64,000 nucleotides of DNA. Origin: Acidobacteriia bacterium AH_259_A11_L15 (GTDB lineage Bacteria; Acidobacteriota; Terriglobia; Acidiferrales; 2-02-FULL-67-57). Location of the stretch: NCBI GenBank assembly GCA_027717655.1, contig JALLOH010000005.1, forward strand, positions 284-64,283, read 5' to 3'. Made by a program: the position numbers and the translations under genes. The notes beneath the pieces were generated by a model. That model was not told the DNA's origin. It did not search any database and saw only the letters and a program-made list of their open reading frames with translations. Shown here piece by piece: positions 17,946 through 28,041 of this stretch; the first letter of the stretch is position 1, and every line of letters begins with the position of its first letter.

Positions 17946-19291
17946 CGGCCCTCCCCAAACCGCTGGCTGCCCGAGAGGCGGGCGAAGAGCAACTCTTCCA
18001 GCTCAACTCTCAGGGCTTCCACTTTCATTCGTTCGAGGATGGTCTGGGCGAAGCCGCGGATCAGCAGGTTGCGGGCGGCCGGGTAGGGCAGGCCGCGGCT
18101 GCGCAGGTAGAAGAGAGCGTCGGGGTCGAGCTGACCGACCGTGGCCCCGTGGGTGCACCGGACGTCGTCGGCGAAGATTTCCAGCTGGGGCTTGGTATTG
18201 ATGGTGGCGCCTTCGGAGAGCAGCAAGTTCTTGTTGTGCTGGATGGCGTCGGTCTTCTGGGCGTTGGCGCGGACGATGATGGCGCCGTTGAAGACCCCGG
18301 CGGCGCTGCCGTCCAGCACCCCCTGGTAGAGCTCGTGGCTGGTACAGTGGGGCTTGGCGTGGTCGGCCAGGGTGTGGTTGTCGACGTGCTGCCGCCCCCG
18401 GGCCACGAACAAGCCGTTCAGGGCGCTCTCGCTGCCTTCGCCATCGAGCACCACGTTCACGTCGTTGCGCACCAGGCGGCCCCCCAGCGAGACATTGTGG
18501 GAAGTGAAGCGGGCGTCGCGGGCCTGGCGGGCCTGAAGGGTGGCCACGTGGAAGGCGTCCTCGCTCTCCAGTTGGAACTTGTAATGGTCCACGATGGTGT
18601 TCTCGGCCGCCACGATTTCCGTCACCGCGTTGGTGAAGTAGGGGCCATCGCCCAGCCCCAGGTAGGTTTCGAGCAGAGCCACCTGGGCGCCGGCGCCGAC
18701 CAGGATTAGATTGCGCGGCTGGGAGAAGACGGGTTGGGCCTCGGACACGGAAACAAACACCAGGTGAATCGGCTTCTCCAGCAGGGCGCCCTGGGGGATT
18801 TCAAGGAAAGCCCCATCGTTCAGGAACGCCGTGTTCAGGGCCACGAAAGCTCGATCGGGCGGCTGGTAGGCCGCGTAGCGGCCCAGGTGCTCTTCCAACC
18901 GCGCGTTCCCCTCTTCCAGAGCGGCGGCCAGGCTGCCGACCCGGGCGCCCTTGGGCAGGCCCTCGAAGGAAGAGAGTTCGGCCGCGAAGCGGCCGTTGAC
19001 GAACACCAAGCGGGCCGCGTCCAATCGGCCTAGGGGCAACCGCCCCAGCTTCTCTCGGGTCAAGCCGTCGAGCTTCGGCGCGGCCGGCTGGAACGCGGTG
19101 CGGGTGAGGGGCAGCACGTTGGTGAACTTCCAGTTCTCCAGCCGCGTGGTGGGGAAGCCGGCCTCGGCGAAGCGCTCGATGGCTTCCTGGCGGAGGCGGT
19201 CGAGCCAGGCTTGGCCGCCGCCGGGGAACTGCGGGCGCTGCCGGGCGAAGTGGGAGAGGAAGAGGTCGTGCCGGGTGGCTGTGGTCGCCAT
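17942..19291 (-). CDS. sufD: Fe-S cluster assembly protein SufD
   Basis: NTKPQLEIFADDVRCTHGATVGQLD, FYLRSRGL. Start taken at the ATG at 19291 (MATTATRH), preceded by GAGGGAAGGGA. Confidence 0.9.
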   Translation of the reverse strand: MATTATRHDLFLSHFARQRPQFPGGGQAWLDRLRQEAIERFAEAGFPTTRLENWKFTNVLPLTRTAFQPAAPKLDGLTREKLGRLPLGRLDAARLVFVNGRFAAELSSFEGLPKGARVGSLAAALEEGNARLEEHLGRYAAYQPPDRAFVALNTAFLNDGAFLEIPQGALLEKPIHLVFVSVSEAQPVFSQPRNLILVGAGAQVALLETYLGLGDGPYFTNAVTEIVAAENTIVDHYKFQLESEDAFHVATLQARQARDARFTSHNVSLGGRLVRNDVNVVLDGEGSESALNGLFVARGRQHVDNHTLADHAKPHCTSHELYQGVLDGSAAGVFNGAIIVRANAQKTDAIQHNKNLLLSEGATINTKPQLEIFADDVRCTHGATVGQLDPDALFYLRSRGLPYPAARNLLIRGFAQTILERMKVEALRVELEELLFARLSGSQRFGEGR

Positions 19292-19307
19292 CACCGTTTC
19301 CCTTCCC

Positions 19308-20081
19308 TCAGGAGCCTGCCACTTGTGGGCGCTCGGGGGCCTGCCCCTCAACCCAAGCGTAACCCTGCTCTTCGAGATGCAGAGCCAGGTTCTTGTCGCC
19401 GGAGCGGGCGATGCGCCCGTTGTAGAGCACGTGGACGTAGTCAGGAGTGACGTAGTTCAGTACCCGCTGGTAGTGGGTGATGAGCAGGATGGCGCGGTCA
19501 GGGTGGCGCAGAGCGTTGACGCCATTGGCCACGATTTTCAGGGCGTCGATGTCCAGCCCGGAGTCGGTCTCGTCCAGGATGGCCAGCCGGGGCTCGAGCA
19601 CCGCCATTTGGTAGACCTCGTTGCGTTTCTTCTCGCCGCCGGAGAAGCCCTGGTTGACGGAGCGCTTCAGCAGGCTCTCATCCAGGCCGAACTCCCTGGC
19701 TTTCTGCTTGGCGATGTGCAGAAAGTCCATGGCGTCGAGCTCGGGCTGGCCGCGGGCCTTGCGGAGGGAGTTGAGGGCCGAGCGCAGGAAGTAAAGATTG
19801 CTGACGCCGGGAATCTCCACCGGGTATTGGAAGGCCATGAAGAGGCCGGCGTGGGCGCGCTCCTCGGGGGTCATCTCCAGCAGGTTGCGCCCATCGTAGA
19901 GCACTTCGCCCTGGCTCACCTCGTAGACGTCGCGCCCGGCGAGCACCTGGGCCAGGGTGCTCTTCCCGGAGCCGTTGGGGCCCATGAGGGCGTGGACTTC
20001 GCCCTTCCTGATTTCGAGGTCGACCCCTCGCAGGATGCCCTTGCCTTCGGCGCGGGCGTGCAGGTTCTTGATGGTCAGCAT
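19308..20081 (-). CDS. sufC: Fe-S cluster assembly ATPase SufC
   Basis: MLTIKNLHA...GPNGSGKSTL, NQGFSGGEKKRNE, LAILDETDSGLD. RBS AAGGAGACAGGAGAA upstream of 20081. Confidence 0.95.
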   Translation of the reverse strand: MLTIKNLHARAEGKGILRGVDLEIRKGEVHALMGPNGSGKSTLAQVLAGRDVYEVSQGEVLYDGRNLLEMTPEERAHAGLFMAFQYPVEIPGVSNLYFLRSALNSLRKARGQPELDAMDFLHIAKQKAREFGLDESLLKRSVNQGFSGGEKKRNEVYQMAVLEPRLAILDETDSGLDIDALKIVANGVNALRHPDRAILLITHYQRVLNYVTPDYVHVLYNGRIARSGDKNLALHLEEQGYAWVEGQAPERPQVAGS

Positions 20082-20115
20082 GCGTGTGTGCGTTCTCCTG
20101 TCTCCTTGTGGGTGA

Positions 20116-21564
<1,449 letters not shown>

Positions 21565-21602
21565 GCTGCCTCCAGGATGAGCGCCTGGCTCCCAAATCAA
21601 CC

Positions 21603-21623
21603 GCTTACCCTTAGAGGGTAAGC
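21603..21623. promoter_or_regulatory. Perfect 9-3-9 inverted repeat, candidate operator in the sufB leader
   Basis: GCTTACCCT-TAG-AGGGTAAGC, about 40 nt upstream of the sufB ATG. On the coding strand it lies immediately downstream of a TATAGA -10-like box (plus strand 21626-21631) in a low-GC spacer. Two ATCTTGAC direct repeats lie further upstream. Confidence 0.45.
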
Positions 21624-21735
21624 AATCTATACTCCTAAGTCAAGATAAGAGATACAAAAAGGTCAAGATTAGCATTGACTGGTTGTTTTCAGGTGGTTAG
21701 CGGGAATTCTCGGAGGTTGAACGGAAAGGGCGATC

Positions 21736-22062
21736 CTAGGCCGAAAACGAAGCCCCGCAACTGCAACTCTTTTTGGCGTTGGGGTTTTCGAAGACGAATT
21801 GCTGGTTGAAGACGTCGCCTTTGAAGTCGAAGACGGTGCCGTCCAAGTAGAGCAGGCTCTTGGGGTCGACGAAGACGCGGGCGCCCTCGACCTCCAGAAC
21901 CGCGTCTTTTTCTCTGGGCCGGGGGTCGAGGCGGATGACGTAGGACATTCCCGAGCAGCCGCCCCCCTGCACGCCCAGGCGCAGGCCGGCGCTGGGCGGC
22001 ATTTGCTCCTTGGCCAGGAGCTGTTTGATTCGTTGGGCCGCTCGTTCGGTAACCTGAATCAT
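21736..22062 (-). CDS. HesB/IscA-family Fe-S carrier (SufA/ErpA-like)
   Basis: MIQVTERAAQRIKQLL...GGGCSGMSY...CSCGASF is the A-type carrier Cys pattern. Confidence 0.9.
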   Translation of the reverse strand: MIQVTERAAQRIKQLLAKEQMPPSAGLRLGVQGGGCSGMSYVIRLDPRPREKDAVLEVEGARVFVDPKSLLYLDGTVFDFKGDVFNQQFVFENPNAKKSCSCGASFSA

Positions 22063-22080
22063 CCTCAACCTCCTGCCTGA

Positions 22081-22086
22081 ATTATA
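22081..22086 (-). promoter_or_regulatory. Perfect TATAAT -10 box upstream of the iscA-like gene
   Basis: The minus strand reads GGGTATAATtcaggcaGGAGGttgaggATG. There are 18 nt between the box and the ATG at 22062, including the SD. Confidence 0.35.
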
Positions 22087-22276
22087 CCCGCCGCCGGCCA
22101 GCGCGTCCACTGCTACTCCGCTTCCCGGCTGAGCGCAAGCGTCTTGGGCCGAACGGTGCCCGGCGGGGCCTGGCGGCGGATTTGGACGGCGTCAATGGCT
22201 TCCGGCGCCGAAAGGAGGTAGACCTTCTGGAACCCTTCCCGCTCCAGCGTAGGGCATCGGGCCTCCCGGGTGCGGC

Positions 22277-22531
22277 TTAGTGGACCTCGCGGCGGGTGTA
22301 GGTCTCCGGAGGGAGGACTTTGACGATGTTGGTGGACTGCACGATGTAGACGGGGTTGCCCTGGGGGTCGCGCTCGCCGGTCTTCAGGATGCTGGAGACC
22401 ACCAGCTTGATGCGGACGGTGAAGCCGTCTTCGACCTGATATTCGCTCCAGTCCTCTCGGACGGAGTTGAACTCCATGTCTTCGGCCTCGATGCTGCGTT
22501 CGCCGATGTTGATGCGGGTTTTGCGGGCCAC
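22277..22531 (-). CDS. Small hypothetical protein
   Basis: 84 aa from the GTG at 22531, preceded by AAGGAGG with 5-nt spacing. VARKTRINIGERSIEAEDMEF... has no recognised family. Confidence 0.55.
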   Translation of the reverse strand: MARKTRINIGERSIEAEDMEFNSVREDWSEYQVEDGFTVRIKLVVSSILKTGERDPQGNPVYIVQSTNIVKVLPPETYTRREVH

Positions 22532-22612
22532 AGAAACCTCCTTGGGGCCGCGGTGGGCCCGGGAATGGCACGCCTCGTGCTGAGCTAGTAGGCCGAGGCA
22601 GATTATAGGAGC

Positions 22613-23932
22613 TTGGGGGCGGTGCGCCAAGCCGGTGACCGGTGCGGGGGCAAGACCTTGGAGCCCGGGAGGCCCCTAGAAGTTCGTCGGGTCCCTCGCC
22701 GGGGCCGTTTCCTTCCCTATTTGGCACTGCTCCTGGCTCCCCTGTCCGTGGCCGCCCAATCGGCCCCCGCCCAGCGGGCGGAAGCGATGGAGCGGGCGCG
22801 AGCGCACGTGGAAGCGCAGGAATACGGGGCGGCGCTGCACATCTACCGCGAGTTGGCGGCGGAGAATCCGCGGGACTTCGAGGCGCGCATCTGGGTGGCG
22901 CGGCTGCAGAGCTGGCAGGGAAACTACCGGGAAGCGGAACAAGGCTACCGCCAGGTCTTGCGCGACGCCCCGGGGAACTTCGAAGCCGAGCTGGGTCTGG
23001 TGGACGTCCTGAGCTGGCAGGGCCGCTATGGGGAAGCCGAAGAGCGCTTGCTGGGACTGGAAGCCGAGTATCCGGAGGACACCGAAGTCCTTCTGCGCCG
23101 GGCCCGGCTGCATCGCTGGCGGGGCCGGCGGAAGCAAGCACTCGCCACTTACGAGCGGCTGTTGGCTCTGGAGCCCGGCAACCAGGAAGCGCAGGAAGCC
23201 CTCGCCGCCCTGCGCTCGGAGACCCGCTACCAACTGGCGGCGGGCTACTTCTTCGAGGAATTCGACTTCGCCGGGGAAACCAACGGGCAGTTCGTCGAAC
23301 TGCTCTACCACGACCTCGACCGCGTCTGGCTGCTGGGCCGCTTCCAGTTCCAGAACAAGTTCGACGAGAACAACACCCGCTACACCCTGGGGGGGTCCTA
23401 CCGCTTTTTTCGCCGCACCTGGGTGCGCGCCGAAGCCAGCCTGGCGCCGCCGAACGACCGGGTGATCGCCAACCAGGACTACACCCTCGAAATCACCCAG
23501 GGGCTGCACCCGCGGCTGGCCGCCGGGGGCAGCTATCGCTTCCTGAACTTCCGCGACGCCGACGTGCAGGTGGTGACCGCGCTGGTCAACTGGACGCTGC
23601 GGCGGGACCTGCGGCTGTACGTGCGCTACTCGCCGGCGCGTACTATGTTCGATTCCACCGGCCAGAGCGTCTGGAACCAGAACGGCTTCGCCCGCCTGGA
23701 GTGGGACGCCCACCGCAAGGTCAGTCCCTACGTCTTGTTCGCCGTCGGTTCGGAGAGCTTCGCCGGGCTGACGGCCGAGCAGTTGGGCCGCTTCGCCGCG
23801 CAAACCTGGGGCGTGGGCGCCGAAGTCCGGGTGACCAACTTGCAGGGCTTCCGCGTCGGCTACTATTTCCAGAGCCGCACCCGCAACAACCGCCAGCAGG
23901 GCTTCAGCGTCTCCTACTTCCTGCGGTTCTAA
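22613..23932 (+). CDS. TPR-repeat protein fused to a YaiO-like outer-membrane beta-barrel
   Basis: Signal peptide (LALLLAPLSVAAQ), at least 4 TPR-like repeats (ARLQSWQGNYREAEQGYRQVL...), then alternating beta-strand sequence ending in YFLRF (terminal Phe). Start uncertain (possible TTG at 22658). Confidence 0.7.
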   Translation: MGAVRQAGDRCGGKTLEPGRPLEVRRVPRRGRFLPYLALLLAPLSVAAQSAPAQRAEAMERARAHVEAQEYGAALHIYRELAAENPRDFEARIWVARLQSWQGNYREAEQGYRQVLRDAPGNFEAELGLVDVLSWQGRYGEAEERLLGLEAEYPEDTEVLLRRARLHRWRGRRKQALATYERLLALEPGNQEAQEALAALRSETRYQLAAGYFFEEFDFAGETNGQFVELLYHDLDRVWLLGRFQFQNKFDENNTRYTLGGSYRFFRRTWVRAEASLAPPNDRVIANQDYTLEITQGLHPRLAAGGSYRFLNFRDADVQVVTALVNWTLRRDLRLYVRYSPARTMFDSTGQSVWNQNGFARLEWDAHRKVSPYVLFAVGSESFAGLTAEQLGRFAAQTWGVGAEVRVTNLQGFRVGYYFQSRTRNNRQQGFSVSYFLRF

Positions 23933-24037
23933 CCGGCCGCGGTAGCCCCTTTCAGCGTTTCAAAAACAAATGGTTTTGATCCAACAACTAGCGTACGCGT
24001 ACGTTGATTAGAAAGCCGACCGACCTACGAAGGACGG

Positions 24038-24379
24038 CTACTTGTTCCTGCGAGGGGGCAACCGCAGGGGAACGTCCGGGTTGTTCTTGTTAAAAGCGGC
24101 CACGATTTTGGGGGGGGTGGTCTTCTTCGGATTGTAAGTCACCTTGATGCCGTGCGTCTCGGGGTCCACCCGAGCGTCCTCGACGCCCTCCACCCGCAGC
24201 AAGCCCTGCTCAATGATGCCGTGGCTCGCGGAGCACCCTTCCGGGAGTTCCCCTTTGGCCAATTGCACGATGAGGGTAGCGAAGGGTTCTTCGGACTCCT
24301 TGCTTTTCTCCTGGCCCAGCGCGGGGCTGGGCGAGCCGAGCAAGAGTGCGCTCAATGCTAGTAGACCTAGTTCCCTCAT
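24038..24379 (-). CDS. Secreted small protein with an HMA-like (ferredoxin-fold) domain lacking CxxC
   Basis: Signal peptide, then ATLIVQLAKGELPEGCSASHGIIEQGLLRVEGVEDARVDPETHGIKVTY resembles the heavy-metal-associated fold pattern but has a single Cys plus His. Confidence 0.5.
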   Translation of the reverse strand: MRELGLLALSALLLGSPSPALGQEKSKESEEPFATLIVQLAKGELPEGCSASHGIIEQGLLRVEGVEDARVDPETHGIKVTYNPKKTTPPKIVAAFNKNNPDVPLRLPPRRNK

Positions 24380-24414
24380 GGCCTGTCCTCCTCCGGCTGG
24401 TTCGCTGCCGGAAG

Positions 24415-25290
24415 CTAGAGGGGCATCTTTTCCCCTCGGCGGAGCCGGTCCAGGAACTCCTGCACTCCATACACCGGACGCCCTTTAAGTTCCGAGTGGT
24501 GTTCCAGCCATTTGTGCACTTCCTCTTCGGAACTGAAGAGGTTGTTGATTCCTCACCCGCCACCCAGGAAGACCTTGGTGGTGGCTGGGTCGAGTTCCTT
24601 CACCCGCCCGTTCTCGAACACCAGGTGTATGCGCTCGCCGCTGTACTGCGAGGCATCTTCAACGGTAACTTCCTTGTCATTCCATTTCGCGTTGACCAAC
24701 GCGATGAAGTCCATCGCTCAATAAGTGTCGAGTTTCTTCACCCCCTGCACATTCACCCGGTGGTACATGAAGGTGATTCGCATCCCGCCTTCCCAGTTCA
24801 CGTAGCGAGGCTTCGCCATCCGGTAGCCGACCCCGCCGGCGAGCCCGTCCGGGTGGATAATCCCGAAGCGCTCCAGGGTCGCCAGACCGGCGGTGATTGC
24901 CTCCGGGGACACCTGGACGGCTGGGGCCAGCTCGGCCAACGAAGGTGCCGGACGTTGCTCGCGCTCGGCCGAGCTCAGGTGGCGCGCAATCAGCTTCTCG
25001 GTGGGGGTCAGCGAAACTGTCTCCCAGCCAAAGATGCGAATCACGCGATGGACTTCGGGATGTTCGCGGATGTAGTCGCCCAGGGCGTAGCGGTCTTCCA
25101 AGGTGTAATCGCCGCCGAGGATCTCCATGGCCAGGTCGATGCCGGTCACGGCGGTGTCTTGGCCCCAGTTGGCCACCAAATAGTCGAGCACCTCTTGTTG
25201 CTTGGCGGTGAGCGAGCCGGCCCGGGTAGCCGCCACTACCGCCAGAGCCAACACCACCGTCGCCAGTGTGGCCAGGATTCGTCTGCGCAT
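24415..25290 (-). CDS. MerB-family (alkylmercury-lyase-like) secreted protein with two in-frame UGA codons; candidate selenoprotein
   Basis: ORF 24718-25290 ends in TGA (24720-24718). The same frame stays open through ...DTY-U-AMDFIALVNAKWNDKEVTVEDASQYSGERIHLVFENGRVKELDPATTKVFLGGG-U-GINNLFSSEEEVHKWLEHHSELKGRPVYGVQEFLDRLRRGEKMPL-TAG (stop at 24417-24415). The second TGA is at 24555-24553. U-A-M-D parallels MerB C96-A-L-D99, the second U parallels C159, and NLFSS..W parallels HFFAS..W. Both UGAs are followed by hairpins. Confidence 0.7.
24522..24541 (-). other. Hairpin 11 nt downstream of the second UGA (candidate bacterial SECIS)
   Basis: The RNA reads UGA-GGAAUCAACAA-CCUCUUC-AGUUCC-GAAGAGG: a 7-bp perfect stem with GU in the loop. 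Confidence 0.5.
24691..24717 (-). other. Hairpins immediately downstream of the first UGA (candidate bacterial SECIS)
   Basis: The RNA reads UGA-GCGAUG-GACUU-CAUCGC, overlapping CGCGUU-GGUC-AACGCG. The GGUC apical loop is like the one in the E. coli fdhF SECIS. The loop lies about 20 nt from the UGA. Confidence 0.5.
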
Positions 25291-25298
25291 GGTCCCTC

Positions 25299-25898
25299 CT
25301 ACTCCTTCTGCCAGAGTAGCTTCTCGATGTCCGCTTCGATCTCAGCCCGTCGCTTCGGGTATTGCCCAGTGTACTTCTGGTAGATTTTGCCGTCGCGGGT
25401 GACTAGGAAAGCGGTGGGGAAACCCTCGACCCCGAAGGCCTCTTCAATCTCTTCGTTGCCGACGACAACCGGGTACTCGATTTTGAAATCGTATTTCTCA
25501 ATCTCTTCTTGGATGTCGCTCACCCAGCCCGATTGCACCGTGATGCCGAGGACGGTGAACCCTTGCTGGTGGTAGCGCTGCTGCAACCTGTTCCAGTGAG
25601 GGATGTCTTCCACACAAGGTTTGCACCAGGTGGCCCAGAGGTCGATCAGCACCACCTTGCCGGCTAGCGACTGGGAGGAAAAGCCGCTGCCGTCCAGCAT
25701 CTTAAGCTCAAAGCTCGGCAGGGGCGGCAGCCGCGCCGGTTCGGCGGAGAATAGTCCCTCAGCCGATGCAGCCAGCCCCACAGCTACTAGCACTGAGAGG
25801 GCAGCGAAGAGCGGCTTCGACCGTGTGCAGCCTAGCATCATGCTCTTCATTAGACGTTTGCGTTGTCTATGCGTGAGCGGGGGCGCTTTGTCAAGCAC
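25299..25898 (-). CDS. TlpA/ResA-like periplasmic thiol:disulfide oxidoreductase
   Basis: LIDLWATWCKPCVEDIP (WCxxC thioredoxin motif) with an N-terminal anchor or signal sequence. The start may be the internal Met at 25850. Confidence 0.85.
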   Translation of the reverse strand: MLDKAPPLTHRQRKRLMKSMMLGCTRSKPLFAALSVLVAVGLAASAEGLFSAEPARLPPLPSFELKMLDGSGFSSQSLAGKVVLIDLWATWCKPCVEDIPHWNRLQQRYHQQGFTVLGITVQSGWVSDIQEEIEKYDFKIEYPVVVGNEEIEEAFGVEGFPTAFLVTRDGKIYQKYTGQYPKRRAEIEADIEKLLWQKE

Positions 25899-26057
25899 TT
25901 TTGCGGGTCAGCCGTGGAGTCGGGCCGTGCCGAAATCATCTGTTTTGTGGCTGGGAAAACAGGCAGCCGGCCCGGGTAGGGCAAGGCTTTACGCCTTGCC
26001 GTTGGTAGGGAAGCTTTCTTTGGGGGTGAAACGAAGCGGCAGGGGATGGTTCGACTT

Positions 26058-26096
26058 CGCTCCCTTCGGCTGCGCTCCCTTCGGCTGCGCTCAGGG
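26058..26096. repeat. REP-like tandem (15-nt unit x2 plus REP core)
   Basis: cgctcccttcggctg repeated at 26058-72 and 26073-87, ending in cccttcggctgcgctcaggg (26077-96). Confidence 0.6.
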
Positions 26097-26256
26097 TCTT
26101 CGCTGCGCTTCGACAGGGCAGGCACCACAAGTAAACCCCTCCCCTACAATCCTTCCAGAACCACACCCGCTCGAACCGCGAGCAGGGCTTCGGGATTTCT
26201 TACTTTTTCCGCTTCTAGTGGGGACGCCTACTCAGAAAGAGCGCCAGCTTCTTGCG

Positions 26257-28041
26257 CTATCTTTCCTGGTTCGGGGAGGGCAAAGAGAGAAAGAGGCGGT
26301 CGCCCTCCAGGCGCGTTCTGACCGAGAGGGGCACCCCCGCAGCATCCAAAACCAGTGGTGACGGACTGTTGGGCAAGTGTTCCAGCACAAGAGTTTGTCC
26401 GGGAGGAATTTCTTGCCGCTCCAAGTTCAACACGATGGTCGTGCCCTCGCCGCTCCCTGTCCGCAGCGTGGGTCTCAGCCGGGCACGGTGCCGCCAGAAA
26501 CGGGCCAGACTGCCGACGTCTCCAATCCAGATGTCCTTTCCGCGATGGGCCATGATGAGTCGTCGTTCGGTCTCCAGCTTGTGGGTAACGTCCGTCGGAT
26601 GAATCAGCAAGCACGTTGAAGCACCATTCTCCGCATTGGCTTCTATGATCTCAGCCCAGGTGCGCAAGACTTGCTCTTCCCTCCCCGGGGTCAGAAAGTC
26701 GCGGGAGTCATCCAAGGTAACGGGAACGACCACGATGCGGCTTTGCTCGGCCCCCAATTTTCTTTCACGAAATCCAAAGTAGGGGAAATTCGTCAATACC
26801 CACTGCGCGGAGACGCTGGAATCGTAGGTGTAGCCGGTCTCTTCGAGCACGCGCAGGAGGGCACTCGGATAGCGCAGGTAGCCAGCTCGGAAGCCTGCGG
26901 TCTCTTGACCCAAGTCCCGGTCCAGCAGTTGTTTGCTCACTAGCACTTCGCCGAAGAGGGTGGGGGTGGCGGGCTCATAGCTCGAGGGATCGGCGGGTGC
27001 GGAGCCGACCGGGAATTCGTCGAAGGTCAGGGAGTGGCTGACGGAGTGGGATTCAACAGCAAAGCCCAACTCTTTCACTCGCCGCAGCCAGGCGATGCGT
27101 CCGGGCGTGTAGTAGCCAATGTCGGTTTCATCCCGGAAATACTTGGTGGTAACGAAAAAGGTACTGCGTACGCCGAGCGACGCCTCCATCTGGGCGAAGA
27201 GGAATGAATTGCGAAAGGACTCCCGGGCGTCCACGTCGTGAGAAAGCACCAGAGCCGTCCGGTGCCCTTCGGGAACTGTGTGCACCAGCAGGAAAGGATG
27301 CACGTTGTCTTCATAGAGCCCGCGCAGAATCAAACGGAAGACGTCCCCGGAGGGCTCAAAGGAGTTGATCCAGCGACGGGCGGCCTGGAAGCTGCGCGCC
27401 AGCTGAGGCAGCAGAGTTGTTTCTTTGAATCCTATGCCCAGGGCATAGGCGAGTCCGCGGCCATAGGGATGGACCGTGAAGGCGACGGCGCCGTTCTCAT
27501 ATCGGGCGAGCACTTTCGTGCGCCGGCCAGGAACGTATTCGGTGGACCAGACAGTCTCCGAATACAACGCCGGGTCGCCCAGCGAGACCGTGCGTTCCTG
27601 GGGGCGGTTGAGATAGCGCAAAGCCGGGTCCGCAGCCGGGGCGAAGCGGACGCGGAAGTTCGTGCGGCTGGTCGTGGCCCCCTCCAGCCCGAATAGCGGA
27701 AAGAAGTTGCTCCCTTGCACCTGGGTGGCAAGCAACACGCCGCCCCGCTCCACGTAGGCATAGAGCGCCTCTTGCTCGGCCGGGGTCACTTCGGTGTTGA
27801 ACAGGATTCCGCCAACCAGCACGAGCGGATAGCGCGTGGCTACTTCCACTTCGGCAGTGGTCCGAAACGGGATTCCCAGCAGCTCCAGACAGTTGCGAAC
27901 TGCCAATTGTTCTTGAAGGGCGTCGCGGCTGGAGCCGATCTCCAGGACCGCCACGCCCCAGTCGAAATCTGCGGGAGCGGCATGGAGACCGGAGACCCCC
28001 AGAAACAGCCAGACGAAAATAGCCGCGAGCTTGCGTGTCAT
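26257..28041 (-). CDS. Secreted polysaccharide deacetylase (CE4/NodB-like) with an N-terminal accessory domain
   Basis: Start at MTRKLAAIFVWLF (signal peptide) with an ATGA overlap on the upstream gene. LSHDVDA...ESHSVSH...LIHP follows the NodB motif order. Confidence 0.7.
   Translation of the reverse strand: MTRKLAAIFVWLFLGVSGLHAAPADFDWGVAVLEIGSSRDALQEQLAVRNCLELLGIPFRTTAEVEVATRYPLVLVGGILFNTEVTPAEQEALYAYVERGGVLLATQVQGSNFFPLFGLEGATTSRTNFRVRFAPAADPALRYLNRPQERTVSLGDPALYSETVWSTEYVPGRRTKVLARYENGAVAFTVHPYGRGLAYALGIGFKETTLLPQLARSFQAARRWINSFEPSGDVFRLILRGLYEDNVHPFLLVHTVPEGHRTALVLSHDVDARESFRNSFLFAQMEASLGVRSTFFVTTKYFRDETDIGYYTPGRIAWLRRVKELGFAVESHSVSHSLTFDEFPVGSAPADPSSYEPATPTLFGEVLVSKQLLDRDLGQETAGFRAGYLRYPSALLRVLEETGYTYDSSVSAQWVLTNFPYFGFRERKLGAEQSRIVVVPVTLDDSRDFLTPGREEQVLRTWAEIIEANAENGASTCLLIHPTDVTHKLETERRLIMAHRGKDIWIGDVGSLARFWRHRARLRPTLRTGSGEGTTIVLNLERQEIPPGQTLVLEHLPNSPSPLVLDAAGVPLSVRTRLEGDRLFLSLPSPNQER

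Noticed and set aside
16681-18006. Upstream 440 aa of the 591-aa ORF 16231-18006.
   Set aside because: Only the last 149 aa (from MNDLRELYQ) form SufU. The extension overlaps sufS in another frame and is low-complexity (RP/GA-rich).
23933-24037. AT-rich convergent intergenic region with the near-palindrome agcgtacgcgtacgtt and a CAAAAC/GTTTTG stem, considered as a bidirectional terminator.
   Set aside because: The stems are short and AT-rich, without a clear GC clamp plus U-tract on either strand. The evidence is too weak to annotate.
24415-24720. Reading the MerB-like gene as a pseudogene or as a complete 190-aa protein ending at the first TGA.
   Set aside because: Not fully excluded. It is disfavoured because the frame stays open for 100 further codons with family-like sequence, both interruptions are TGA at the expected catalytic Cys positions, and each is followed by a stem-loop. 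It is reported as a selenoprotein candidate instead.
26058-26096. Direct 15-nt tandem repeat considered as a possible CRISPR or VNTR.
   Set aside because: There are only two units with no spacers, and the sequence belongs to the REP family seen elsewhere. No CRISPR-like array is present anywhere in the window.
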